A DNA stretch of 63,870 nt, counting the filler, from Aduncisulcus paluster (lineage: Eukaryota): NCBI GenBank assembly GCA_024181965.1. It is 5 parts of 5 records of this genome, joined end to end, with 100 filler letters (N's around TTAATTAATTAA, not from the genome) between each part and the next. Parts side by side here need not be neighbours in the genome. Positions count along the whole stretch, not along the records: positions 15,537 to 43,049 come from BQXS01012480.1; positions 43,150 to 54,396 come from BQXS01012481.1; 3 more parts are not named here. One strand, written 5' to 3'. The notes below the pieces were generated by a model. That model saw nothing but the letters and a program-made list of their open reading frames with translations. It was not told the origin of the DNA and ran no database searches. Shown here one piece after another: positions 33,939 through 45,615 of the stretch. The stretch's first letter is position 1, and every line of letters starts with the position of its first letter. A program made the translations under genes and the position numbers.

Positions 33939-36900
33939 ATGGATTTACGGCATACAATAGCAAAAACATCAAAAAAGAAAACTTATGTTGTCAAATCCCC
34001 AAGAAGAGTTCGCAACCTCTCTTCTAACCCCCAACCCCAGTTTCCACGGTCTCCACTAGCTCGTACAGTGCATAATGTATTTGAAGACGAAGAATATGAA
34101 GCTTCGTATGATAGTTCTTCTGATTGCACAAAAATTGAAGAAGTTGATGCTCAAAATCCGTCAAATTCTCTTAAAACCAACTTTTCACAGTTTATATCGA
34201 ATGTAAAGAAGGACATTAATGTTAAACAGGTGTTTAAAGTATTATTTTCAGTGATTTTATCATACTTATTAATCAAATTTCTCTTTCTAGTTCCCCCATT
34301 TTCCACTGCTCTTTCTCGTTTTCGTTTGCAAAAGGCAAATGAGCTTGAAATTCACTCCCAAAGAGAATTTGAGGATAAAATATTGAATTTTGATCTTTAT
34401 TCCTCGCTTATTTTGCCATCTTTTTCCAGGTCACCCCTTTGCATGTCAGATACTCCAGAATCCAGGGAATTACGGCAGTATTTTAACTTAAATTGCGATA
34501 AAAATATGCAATTGAGTTGTAATTCTGTTTTTTATGTCCGCGAAAGTGATCCCAATGTTTTAATTAAATCTTTAAAACAATTTATATATCAAAAACGTGA
34601 AAAGGAGGCTATTCAATTCAAAAATGCCGATAAATACGACAATCCACAATATAGCATCAGTGTTGATGACATTTTCATTCCTGACCCTCTCCAATATTCC
34701 TTCCTAACTCCCCAAGAAACCAAAGGTGTTCCATTATCTCGTTTGACTGCACGAGAGCTCCAAGATATTCAATCAACACTTTTAAAACGTTATCAAAACG
34801 CGTATGAAGCGGATATTTTGAGATACAAAGCTAATAGTCGTGTGTATCCTCTCCCTTTGAAACCACAGGAGTTTTATGCCCCATTTATGTGTTTCCAAGA
34901 TGAGAAACACGCTCAGCAGCTTGAAAAGGAGTATAAGAAGATCCTTAGACATGCTATTAAACGTGCAACTGATTGCATGTGTAATCGAACCTCAAGTTCC
35001 TCTGGTTCTACTTCTTCTAACACCGATATTCCAACTTCTGCTCTATATATAGATCATTCTCACTCCTCTTCTATTAATAGCAATAGTATCGGCAGTAATT
35101 CCACGCCCATAACATGTACAGAAATAGAACTTTCTCACCCAGGATATGTTCATGTTTCCTCAATTCTCACTGATCTCAAGGGATATGGTCCCGAAAAAGA
35201 TGACATTATTCAAGAAATATTATCTTCAATTGATCGCGATCCTCTCTCTTCCTCTTCCTCTTCCTCTGCAGCTTCCTCTTCTGAGAGTGTGACTAAGGCT
35301 GGATTTATATTCGAGTTGTTACCCGTGTCCATGTTCCAAGGAGGCAAAAACTCTATCATCTCTGGTCAAAATCATAGCGATGCTGACCAACATAGTAGCT
35401 CTTCACAGATAACACCAGAAGATAGGTTATATATTCAACTTTCATCCCAATTTAAACCTCCATTGCGTTGTCGGCTTCATACTTTATCTGAGTCACATCC
35501 AGTTCTGCATTTCCTGCTTATTTGCTTTATTATTGGTGTTATTTTACTCTCTATCGGAGTTATATCCAGTATTTTATATATATTTCATGTATATCGACTT
35601 AAAGAATCTTTTGTTGCACATTTATCATTTTCTGCTCGTATTTCTGGTGGTTTTTTCGCTGTTTCCATCCCCAAATTAAAAGGAATGTTCATTAACGAAT
35701 ATTATTTCTTGAGAGAAACTGTTGGTCAACGAGCTGATCGTATTCAATATCAAAAGGAGTATGAGAAACGAATGGTAGATGACAAGAAAAGAGAAGAGAG
35801 AGAAGAGAAAAGGTTGATGCAAGCTCAAGTGAGGAAAGAAAAAAGAGAAGAACTTAAGCGTCGACGTGAACATATCTCAAGAGCTGTAAGAAGAGGAGAA
35901 AGAGTTAAGGATGCCAAATATCGTCAAGATATCCATCAAATTGACATGACACAATCACGCCTCGATGAAGAGTCAAGTGAGAGTGAATCTGTTAGTAGTT
36001 CTGAGGATTACCAAGGAATTGAGAAGGATTCATACTTTACTGAAGGAATTCCTTATATTCTTGTCAGAAAGGGGAAAGGAAAAGAATCTAACTCAAATTA
36101 CTCAAATGATGGCCAGGAATCTATTTTTGGATCTGATTCTTCTCAAGAATATGTCACAAAACTCCCTCTTCCTTCTTTCTTTAAGATGTTACTGCATAAA
36201 TCCATTCGGAGACTCATGTGGTCCTCCTTCGAAAGATCTGTTAACAAAGATAGCAGAGTCGAGAGGAGACTCATTGACTTGATAAATCACTATTGCATTG
36301 GGGTGAGCGTTCAAGTTGATCTGCATAACGAAAGGAAAGAGAAACGAAGGAAAGAAAGAGAGAGCGAGAGGAAGAAGAGTAAGGAAGCGAGGAAAGAGAG
36401 AGAGAGAGAAGAAGCAGAAAGGAAAAGAGAAGCAGAAGCAAGAATAATAGCTCGGCATTTGGAAGAAAAGAGAGGGAGAGGAAGAGAGAAAGAGAGAAAG
36501 AGAGAAGAGAGAGAGAAACCTTTAGAAAAGCATAATATAAGATCGGCCACTCATAATCATGTTCATTCCCATGTTCATTCTGAAGATTACTTTAAGAAGT
36601 TTGAAGTTGAAGAAGAAGAGAGAGAGAGAGAGTGAGAAGAGAGAGAGAGAAGAGAGTATTCTTGAATCCATTCGTCATGAAGCCAAGGGATCCATTGAAG
36701 CTAAACAGAGACAAAAGGCAATGGAAATACTTGAAAAACAACGTTTGAGGAGATATAAAACTCAGTTACAGGGTGTTAATGGGAAAGGACAAGGTACCCC
36801 CGTAAAGAAACGACTTGTTGATCAACCTTCCATCTCTTCTTCCATCTCTTCTTCTTCTTCAACTTCAAAGAAGAACTTAAGCACGAATGCAGCATCTGGT

Positions 36901-39240
36901 TCATTCGTTACTCCTTTCCCTGGGACCTCTCATTATACTCTACCTTCTGGCATGGTTTCTCTTGCATCAACAAGCTCTTCAAGAAGCTCTTCTACTGCTC
37001 GGAGCAAATATACAATTAATTCTAATGCTGGTATTAGTCCCAAGTCCAATATAAACAGTAATAAGCTGAGTGATTTGGTGAGTTTTAAGAAGAGGAAAGA
37101 AGAGGAAACGAGGAAGCAAAAAGAAGAAGAGGAAAGGAAGAGAAGAGAAGAGGAAGAGGAACGTTTGAAGAAGGAAAGAGAAAAAGAAGAAGAAGAAAGG
37201 AAACAGAAAGAAAAGGAAGAAGAAGAGAGGAAACGAAAAGCAGAAGAAGAACGTTTGAGGAAGCAGAGAGAAGAAGAGGAAGAGAGAAAGAGAGAAAGAG
37301 AGAAGAGAGAGAGAAACCTTTAGAAAAGCATAATATAAGATCGGCCACTCATAATCATGTTCATTCCCATGTTCATTCTGAAGATTACTTTAAGAAGTTT
37401 GAAGTTGAAGAAGAAGAGAGAGAGAGAGAGAGAGAGAAGAGAAGAGGAAGAGGAACGTTTGAAGAAGGAAAGAGAAAAAGAAGAAGAAGAAAGGAAACAG
37501 AAAGAAAAGGAAGAAGAAGAGAGGAAACGAAAAGCAGAAGAAGAACGTTTGAGGAAGCAGAGAGAAGAAGAGGAAGAGGAAGAAAGAGAGAAAGAGAGAA
37601 GAGAGAGAGAAACCTTTAGAAAAGCATAATATAAGATCGGCCACTCATAATCATGTTCATTCCCATGTTCATTCTGAAGATTACTTTAAGAAGTTTGAAG
37701 TTGAAGAAGAAGAGAGAGAAAGAGAGAGCGAGAGGAAGAAGAGTAAGGAAGCGAGGAAAGAGAGAGAGAGAGAAGAAGCAGAAAGGAAAAGAGAAGCAGA
37801 AGCAAGAATAATAGCTCGGCATTTGGAAGAAAAGAGAGGGAGAGGAAGAGAGAAAGAGAGAAAGAGAAGAAGAAGAAAAGAAGAGGAAAGAAATTGAAGA
37901 AGAGAAGAAGAGAAAAGCAAAAGAACAGGAGAAAATGGAAGAAGAAACAAAAAGAAATATTTTTGAATCTGATCTTGAAGAGAAACGAAGGAAAGAAAGA
38001 GAGAGCGAGAGGAAGAAGAGTAAGGAAGCGAGGAAAGAGAGAGAGAGAGAAGAAGCAGAAAGGAAAAGAGAAGCAGAAGCAAGAATAATAGCTCGGCATT
38101 TGGAAGAAAAGAGAGCGAGAGGAAGAAGAGTAAGGAAGCGAGGAAAGAGAGAGAGAGAGAAGAAGCAGAAAGGAAAAGAGAAGCAGAAGCAAGAATAATA
38201 GCTCGGCATTTGGAAGAAAAGAGAGGGAGAGGAAGAGAGAAAAGAAGAGGAAAGAAGAGGAAACGAGGAAGCAAAAAGAAGAAGAGGAAAGGAAGAGAAG
38301 AGAAGAGGAAGAGGAACGTTTGAAGAAGGAAAGAGAAAAAGAAGAAGAAGAAAGGAAACAGAAAGAAAAGGAAGAAGAAGAGAGGAAACGAAAAGCAGAA
38401 GAAGAACGTTTGAGGAAGCAGAGAGAAGAAGAGGAAGAGGAAGAAAGAAGAAAGGAAGAAGAAGAAAAGAAGAGGAAAGAAATTGAAGAAGAGAAGAAGC
38501 AGAAAGGAAAAGAGAAGCAGAAGCAAGAATAATAGCTCGGCATTTGGAAGAAAAGAGAGGGAGAGGAAGAGAGAAAGAGAGAAAGAGAGAAGAGAGAGAG
38601 AAACCTTTAGAAAAGCATAATATAAGATCGGCCACTCATAATCATGTTCATTCCCATGTTCATTCTGAAGATTACTTTAAGAAGTTTGAAGTTGAAGAAG
38701 AAGAGAGAGAGAGAGAGAGTGAGAAGAGAGAGAGAGAAGAGAGTATTCTTGAATCCATTCGTCATGAAGCCAAGGGATCCATTGAAGCTAAACAGAGACA
38801 AAAGGCAATGGAAATACTTGAAAAACAACGTTTGAGAGAAAGAAAAGGAAGAAGAAGAGAGGAAACGAAAAGCAGAAGAAGAACGTTTGAGGAAGCAGAG
38901 AGAAGAAGAGGAAGAGGAAGAAAGAAGAAAGGAAGAAGAAGAAAAGAAGAGGAAAGAAATTGAAGAAGAGAAGAAGAGAAAAGCAAAAGAACAGGAGAAA
39001 ATGGAAGAAGAAACAAAAAGAAATATTTTTGAATCTGATCTTGAAGAGAAAGAAGAGAAAGAAGATGAGATTGAAGAAGAAAAACTTGAAGATGAGAAAC
39101 TTGAAGATGAGGAACTTGAAGATGAGAAACTTGCAGATGAGAAAGTTGCAGACGAGAAACTTGAAGGGAAAGAAGAGGAAGAAGAGAAAGATATAAACTA
39201 CGAAGACTCTTCTACTTCTGAGATTCTATTTGATGAATAA
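33939..39240 (+). CDS. MAN1/Src1 (MSC-domain)-like inner nuclear membrane protein; 3' part frameshifted in a (GA)n run and scrambled in this assembly
   Basis: Two TM helices flank a Cys-containing luminal region ending PPLRCRL (cf. MAN1 PFWCRF), then VSIPKLK and LMWSSFERSVNKDSRV (cf. VWDRAVDFLAANESRV). The stop at 36635 is bypassed in the copy at ~38690, which has one more GA. Confidence 0.6.
37087..39010 (+). repeat. Mosaic of near-identical GA-rich blocks copied from 29187-29517 and 36340-36750
   Basis: Blocks such as gaggaaacgaggaagcaaaaagaag... and cataatataagatcggccactcataatcatg... recur several times in shuffled order. Confidence 0.85.
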
Positions 39241-39416
39241 TAATAATATAATATAATATTTGAATATCTAAGACCTCGATCAATCAAAGTTTGAGATCAT
39301 TTTTTATTATTATTATTAATCTTTAGCGTACACTACAGAACACTAAAACAACGAGACTGTAACAACAATTATTAATAATTATTTTTGTATTTAATGCCAC
39401 CCAAGCTTGTGAATAA

Positions 39417-41681
39417 TCACAACATCTCAGCCAATAAATCGTCAATGTCAAATTCATCCTTCTTTCTTTGCTGGTCTCCAATACTCAACATGGCATCAAG
39501 CTCATCAAGACTGTCCTTCTCCTCTTCTTCCTCTTCAATGTCATCTTCTTTGATCCCTTCCTCAATTTCTTCTTTCTCCACTCTCTTCCTTGCTTTTTCT
39601 TTAAGCCTGGCTTCAAGTTGACTTCCTTTCTTAATGTAAACGGGAACACGATCACACACATCCCCTACTCCACGTTTCTTTGCTAACATAGCCCATTCAA
39701 CGCAACGCTGACATATCTCAGCATCATCGCAAACAGATAGCTGCTTCAATTGTTTCAGACAGCTCATAAGAGATGCATTAAAGCCATTGATAGAGCAGCA
39801 ACAACACAATTTACCCAGGCAAGTCACGACAACTGGTTTATACTTAGCAGGGATTATCTTTAACATGTCAACAATCAATCTAACGCATGCAGCAACCTCT
39901 TCTTCTTCTTCAGAGTGTGAGATAGTTTCTCCAATGAGATACGCTAACAATGGGTACAAATCAACTCCTCCATTGAAAAAGAGTCCTCTGTCACTCTTTC
40001 TAATAATAGCACCATCGGTTCCATCGAAGATATACTCAATGTCACCCAGAACAGCTTCCATTTGTTTCTTCCTTGAGACCGGCTCTTCCTTCTCTCCTTC
40101 TTCTTTCTCTCCCTCTTCTTCTGTCTCTTCTGAGGCTCCATCAGAACGGACAACACCACGAGTCAACCAATACAATCTCATGAGCTCTCCTACCACACGT
40201 CTCTCATGCTTCCACTGTTTCATCACACTTAGTACACTGACGGCACGTTCCCAAACATGGGAGGCTGCACGGCCGTGGGAGAGAGCAAGGAGACGTCCAA
40301 CACTCACAGCATACCATACAAGTCCGAGTTTGACAGTAGCACGTTCACAGAGAACAACAGCACGAACAACGACGTCATCACACATTAGCAAGGAACCTGT
40401 ACCAGCTTTAGACCCAAGGTAGTGCGTAAGACGTTCAACTGTGTGGGGGATCATATCAATCTCAGTCAAATGAAAGAGAAGATCAACAGCCTTCTTTCTG
40501 ACAGAAACATCGGGAGAGGACTCCATAAGGGTCGTTACAGAGGGGATAAACTTCTGCAAGTGAGATCTAAGCTCTTTAACAGTACTTAGTTCAACGAGAC
40601 AATCCAGCATAATGTAGCAGGCGTTGGCATGGGTGTGGATAGAGAAGTTGAGGACGGAAACGATTTTGTGGTACCTTGTGGCAATGTCAATGTGCTCTTT
40701 CTCGGGGTCTGCAAGCTCATACTGGATGTGAGTGGCCAAACGAACACATTCGAAGAACATAGCATAAGAAATGTTTCTCGTGTTAAATTGACTCTTGGAT
40801 GCCGTCTGAAGACGTTCAATTCCGGCAGAAACATGATTGATAACGTTGCAAAGAGTCTTGTGTTGGTCAGACCCAGGCAAAGGAGGGGTCAAAAGACGCA
40901 AAAGACGACAAATTCTAATAAACAACCATGGGCAAGGTTTACCATGATACATATGCTCTCCACTCACTTCCTGTTTAATCGTAATCTTCTCGATGAGTAT
41001 AATAGCCCTGTTAACACATTCTTCAAAGAGATCTGGACGGTCTTTTGCCATTCTGACAATCAAAGCATAAACAGCTGTTAATAAACCAACATTACGAACT
41101 TCAACCAGCTTACAAATATCTTCGGCAATGTCTTCAATCGGAACAATCTCTGGATATTTGTCGTAGAGACGCATAAGAGCCATGGCAGCCTTTTTCCGGA
41201 TAAGAGTTGGAACTTTAGCCTTTAATAAAATGTCTTTAACAGCAGGAACAACAGATTCGGCTAATTCTGTCCCGGCACTATTGGCAATAAATGAAAGAGC
41301 CAGAGACCGACGATAAACATCACCTTCAAGATCAAGAAGGAGAGAATTGGTAATTAAACGGGTATATTCAGACCCTTCTTCCAACAGTAAACCAGAATAT
41401 AAGTATCCTGGCAATTTTTCAAGCCTGGATGAGCTCGACATTAAAGAAGCAGCTTCAACAATTCCAAAATCAACGTCATATCCAAGGACAAAGGTGTACA
41501 TCAATTTGAGAACATATTTTCTTTTGTTATAACTGTCTAATTTCTTCGAAGAATCATGAAATTTCTTTCTTATCTTAGATAGTTCGAGATTAACTCTTGC
41601 AACTTCATGCTCATGTGATTGAGCTCCTCTAATCTCAGCAATATAATTTCTTAAGCCCCTAATTGATGATGAGCCAAACAT
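39417..41681 (-). CDS. AP2A: AP-2 complex alpha-adaptin (trunk only, no evident appendage domain)
   Basis: IRGLRNYIAEIR...ELSKIRKKF...LDSYNKRKYVLKLMY...LGYDVDFG, PCPWL, and DVSVRKKAVDLL. Confidence 0.9.
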   Translation of the reverse strand: MFGSSSIRGLRNYIAEIRGAQSHEHEVARVNLELSKIRKKFHDSSKKLDSYNKRKYVLKLMYTFVLGYDVDFGIVEAASLMSSSSRLEKLPGYLYSGLLLEEGSEYTRLITNSLLLDLEGDVYRRSLALSFIANSAGTELAESVVPAVKDILLKAKVPTLIRKKAAMALMRLYDKYPEIVPIEDIAEDICKLVEVRNVGLLTAVYALIVRMAKDRPDLFEECVNRAIILIEKITIKQEVSGEHMYHGKPCPWLFIRICRLLRLLTPPLPGSDQHKTLCNVINHVSAGIERLQTASKSQFNTRNISYAMFFECVRLATHIQYELADPEKEHIDIATRYHKIVSVLNFSIHTHANACYIMLDCLVELSTVKELRSHLQKFIPSVTTLMESSPDVSVRKKAVDLLFHLTEIDMIPHTVERLTHYLGSKAGTGSLLMCDDVVVRAVVLCERATVKLGLVWYAVSVGRLLALSHGRAASHVWERAVSVLSVMKQWKHERRVVGELMRLYWLTRGVVRSDGASEETEEEGEKEEGEKEEPVSRKKQMEAVLGDIEYIFDGTDGAIIRKSDRGLFFNGGVDLYPLLAYLIGETISHSEEEEEVAACVRLIVDMLKIIPAKYKPVVVTCLGKLCCCCSINGFNASLMSCLKQLKQLSVCDDAEICQRCVEWAMLAKKRGVGDVCDRVPVYIKKGSQLEARLKEKARKRVEKEEIEEGIKEDDIEEEEEEKDSLDELDAMLSIGDQQRKKDEFDIDDLLAEML

Positions 41682-41883
41682 TAGGTTGTGATTCCGTTAT
41701 ATGTAGGCAAAATATCACACTGCACTGTCATTGGGTAATAGAAATTAATAATTCAAAATATAAAATGTTTTGGTAAAATCATCTAGTTTTTTTCTTAAAA
41801 TAGATGAAGAATAATTAATCAAAAGAAGAATTCATACTGATCCGTAGGAAGAGTTCTTCTTGGTTACACATAATACTATAACA

Positions 41884-42708
41884 ATGTTTTCACGTCCTAG
41901 ACCGTTGAAAAATAGCTTAAATTTGGAACCTGGGGAAATAATCAGTGTCAGAGCCGATGGAGTTAAGATTAAAAGTGGAAAGGGTACAGCCATTGGCCAA
42001 TGGGTTATGACCTCTCTTGGAATAAGATTTGATCCTGACGGTGATGTTCCACCGACATTTTTCTGGCCACAATCTGGACTTATTCCTTTTCAAGCTATTA
42101 TCAATGAGTCTGTCAATCAACCTATTTTTGGATGCAATAATATTAAATTTACGGTTGCTCACCATCCTTCCCATGCAAATGTTAAGGTGAAAGCTGAATT
42201 TAGATCTGGGAGATTCGATTATTGCTCCAGATTATTTTTTAAAGAATTGATTCCGACGAGGAAAGGAGGTGTTGCTAATCAGCAATCTTTACAACGATGG
42301 ATACAAAAAGAAGCTTCTGCAATCGGAGCCCCACCAGTTATCACCCCTACTGGCCAGCCTATTCCTCCACCTACTCAACCTTCTACAGCCTTCTATGATC
42401 CTTCCAACCCATCAATGATGTATGTTAGTGCTGCTGGTGGCCAGGCTCCTCTTGGTACTGGTGCCACGAGTCAAGCATATTTCCCCCAAATGGCTCCTAT
42501 GGGAATGCCTCCTGCTCAGCCCAGTGGGTTCACAGGTACTAGTATGGGAATGGCAGGTGGAAGTGGAGCTCCTCTTGGTGCCATGTACGCCGATCAGATG
42601 CAACCACAATACCAACAAACTCCTGCAGGTGCCCAATACCCTGGAATGCCAAGTGCTCCTGGAATGCCAAGTGCTCCAGATCTTGGAGATGATGACCTGT
42701 ATGCTTAA
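41884..42708 (+). CDS. WBP2-like PH-GRAM domain protein with a Pro/Gln/Met-rich tail
   Basis: LEPGEII...GQWVMTSLGIRF...IPF..I.NESVNQPIFGCNNI resembles the WBP2 QPxFGaN motif. Low-complexity tail. Confidence 0.7.
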   Translation: MFSRPRPLKNSLNLEPGEIISVRADGVKIKSGKGTAIGQWVMTSLGIRFDPDGDVPPTFFWPQSGLIPFQAIINESVNQPIFGCNNIKFTVAHHPSHANVKVKAEFRSGRFDYCSRLFFKELIPTRKGGVANQQSLQRWIQKEASAIGAPPVITPTGQPIPPPTQPSTAFYDPSNPSMMYVSAAGGQAPLGTGATSQAYFPQMAPMGMPPAQPSGFTGTSMGMAGGSGAPLGAMYADQMQPQYQQTPAGAQYPGMPSAPGMPSAPDLGDDDLYA

Positions 42709-43049
42709 TCTTCAAAGGATCATTTATTATTCAGTATCTCGCATGTGATTTATTACGAAATACCAATAAAGTTCTTATAATTTTCACAAATAACTGGGAT
42801 ATGATGTATTATTTTATGTTAAACTTGTCTATTTATACTCTATGCAAGTTATTCTGAATCAAAATGAGAATCCGTCTTTTTTTTGTTTCAAGAAGCAAGA
42901 GTATACAAAGGAATACATATGGATCCTAAATATATTCCAAGATTAAGTAAGTTTTGTTGCTTTGTTTTGAGACATAAAGGTAGGATTATGGGTTTAGACA
43001 TTGATGGCGCTGGTTTTGTTGATTTAAAGAGTTTGACGGATTTATGAAT

Positions 43050-43149
43050 NNNNNNNNNNNNNNNNNNNNNNNNNNNNNNNNNNNNNNNNNNNNTTAATTA
43101 ATTAANNNNNNNNNNNNNNNNNNNNNNNNNNNNNNNNNNNNNNNNNNNN
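43050..43149. other. Artificial scaffold linker
   Basis: N44-TTAATTAATTAA-N44. Confidence 0.97.
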
Positions 43150-43484
43150 AAGATATTTGTGGCATCGTCAAATTCGTAGGAATTCACCACAAAGCTCACA
43201 TCAAGGATTAGTCAAACTGATATCGGAGATATTATAAATTGAAATAAGAATAAAATTTGATGGAATGTTTTTTATTTTCGTAATATCTTTCCTAAGGCAA
43301 GAGAGGATGAAAAGAATTTTCTGACGGAAGGCTTTTCATATGAAGAAAATAAACGAAAGAAAAATAAAATATAAAATTAGTGGTTAATAATTTATCCTCT
43401 TATAATATCCCATTCATTTGATCTTGACAAACAATGATTTTGTTCGTTTTCGTCAAGAAATTATTTATTTTGAAACACAATATT

Positions 43485-44701
43485 ATGGAATTTTTCAATT
43501 TTGAACAAGTGGTTAACGAAATTAAAAAAAATATTGGAAAAATGGATGTATATATCTCCCATTTACGAAAGCGTATGTTTTTTTCTATCTATCCTCTTTT
43601 TTACTTATCATTATTATTCATTAACCACTTTTCTTGGGTTTTTCTGAGGTGCATATAGAATTGAGACGACGAATTGTTTCCGCTGAAGAAGAGAAAACGA
43701 CCGAATCATTAATTTCCCTTATCTCCGATTGTTTACGGACAGTTCAACTTTTAATTTCTAGGATTAAAAGAGCGACAAAGAATTCATTAAAAGTAGCAGC
43801 AGAATCAAGACCTATTTCGTCTCTTTCACAAAAAACATATATCAATCATACGCTTATCATTGCTCAATATTACGAGAAAGCTGTTATGAAACGGACACAA
43901 GAACTTCAACAACTTGTTCAGAAGCGTGGCGATTCAATCGATGAACGTGCCACTCGTCTTAGTTCCACTCGAGATACAACCATCGGCAGACTTGTTAAAA
44001 TGGAAGGTGAAAAGCCCCTTGATCCTTCATTAAGTTCACCTTCTTCAACACCCCATATGCCAGGTTCTTCCACTTCATCCTCCGTCTCATCTAGTTCTAC
44101 TCATACTCCTCAAGCCTTCGACAACCCTGGCAGCTCGTCTTCAACAGGTAGTTCAAGTTCTACAACTACAAGCGGTCAACTGCAACCCCAAATGCCCTCT
44201 TCGTCAACTCATACTCCGTCAGCGACTACATTTCTCCCCCCTTCATTCTTCTCTGCTTCTCTTGGTGTTGGAGAAGACCAATTTATCGAGCTTGAACATG
44301 ACCCTTTAACTCAAGGAAATGAAGATGGAAGTATTGACAGAGAAGAAGGCGAGAAGAAGAGGAGAGAGCAAGAAGAACATGATCTTGAGGAAGGCGTGGG
44401 TGCCCTTGCTCTTGCTGTGGCCACTGATGAGACCTCCTCAAGCCTTCGACAAATGTCTCGTGTCAATCAGACGCTTGCACAACTATCAGATATGTATAAA
44501 CGAATGGCATCGTTGGTGAGTGATGAAAAAGAGATGCTCCTACGCGTTGGAGATAACGTAGACAGTGCTGAAATGGACCTTGAGAAGGGTGGAGCAGATT
44601 TACATAAGTTTTTGCAGAAATTACAGAGCAAAAAATGGGTTTATTTGAAAACTTTGGGAATAATATTGTTAATTATCATTATATTCGCATTTATCTTCTA
44701 A
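43485..44701 (+). CDS. STX5: Qa-SNARE, syntaxin-5/Sed5-like; intron 43573-43658
   Basis: SNARE motif VNQTLAQLSDMYKRMASLV...EMLLRVGDNV...LHKFLQKLQSKKWVYLK followed by a C-terminal TM anchor. A GTATGT...ATAG splice joins HLRK to QLRRR in frame. Confidence 0.72.
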
Positions 44702-45118
44702 AATGTTAATTTTATGTCAATTTAATGTCAGTTTTGTCAATTTTATGTCATAATTATGAGACATTTATATTTCACATGGTCTGATTCTGTCTCTGTACTG
44801 GAAAAGTACATGTGATCTGTGAAATACATGGAATATTCTTGCTGTCTTATATATATAATTAATAATATTTATTTTCAGGAATTCAATAACATTCAATAAC
44901 AACAAATATAGTTCAATAACAGGTCCATTGAATTATATCTCTACATTGAAACTATCTTAAAAGAGAATATATAGCATTTTCGAACCTTGATATGCTCTTC
45001 TTGGAGGTTAAAAAGGGTAAAAAAATGATCAAATCCAATCATCTATCTTCCTTCTTCCTCTTTCTCCAATATTGGTCATAGTTCCAAATATTGCTTTGAT
45101 AGTTGGTGTCACTTAATT

Positions 45119-45530
45119 TCACTTTTCCTTCTCATCTGGCATAGTAAATATAAGGGAGTTGATCTTGAACTTTCGACTATTTGTAACAACCAACGCTCCT
45201 TTCCCTTCAATCTCACAATACGACATCTGACAAATCAATAGAAAGGAAGAGCCCTTCTGCCATTCATAGTAATGTTTCGGTCTTGTGAATTCATACTTCT
45301 TGGATGTTTTCTTACCATCAGAAAGAGTGAGAGTGAAGAGAAGTTTTGATGGGCCAAATGGCGAGTAGTCAGTTTTGACGGTACCGGTATTTACGTTTTC
45401 TCCCTGGGCCAAATCAATTCTTAATACAGATATAAGCACCTTTCATAGGACTAGGTGATGTAAAAGGGATGGAAATATGGGATAATTGTATACTCATTGA
45501 ATTTGCTCCTTTGAGTACACTTGAACAACA
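45119..45530 (-). pseudogene. Degenerate copy of the ~184-aa beta-rich repeat domain
   Basis: LSHISIPFTSPSPMKGAYIC* and PSKLLFTLTLSDGKKTSKKYEFTRPKHYYEW...CEIEGKG...INSLIFT lie in different frames with an insertion between them. Confidence 0.8.
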
Positions 45531-45615
45531 AAACGGATATTTTGCTAAGAATTTTCCACTCAACGTCAACATAATTCCAATAATCCCTTTGTTGTATGTT
45601 ATACTGTTCCATCCT

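Noticed and set aside
36600..36660. Programmed frameshift or phase variation at the (GA)n run
   Set aside because: A second copy of the same sequence has one more GA and is in frame; assembly slippage is the simpler explanation.
29005..38635. Long minus-strand Leu/Phe/Ser-rich ORFs
   Set aside because: Antisense shadows of GA-rich E/K/R-coding sequence.
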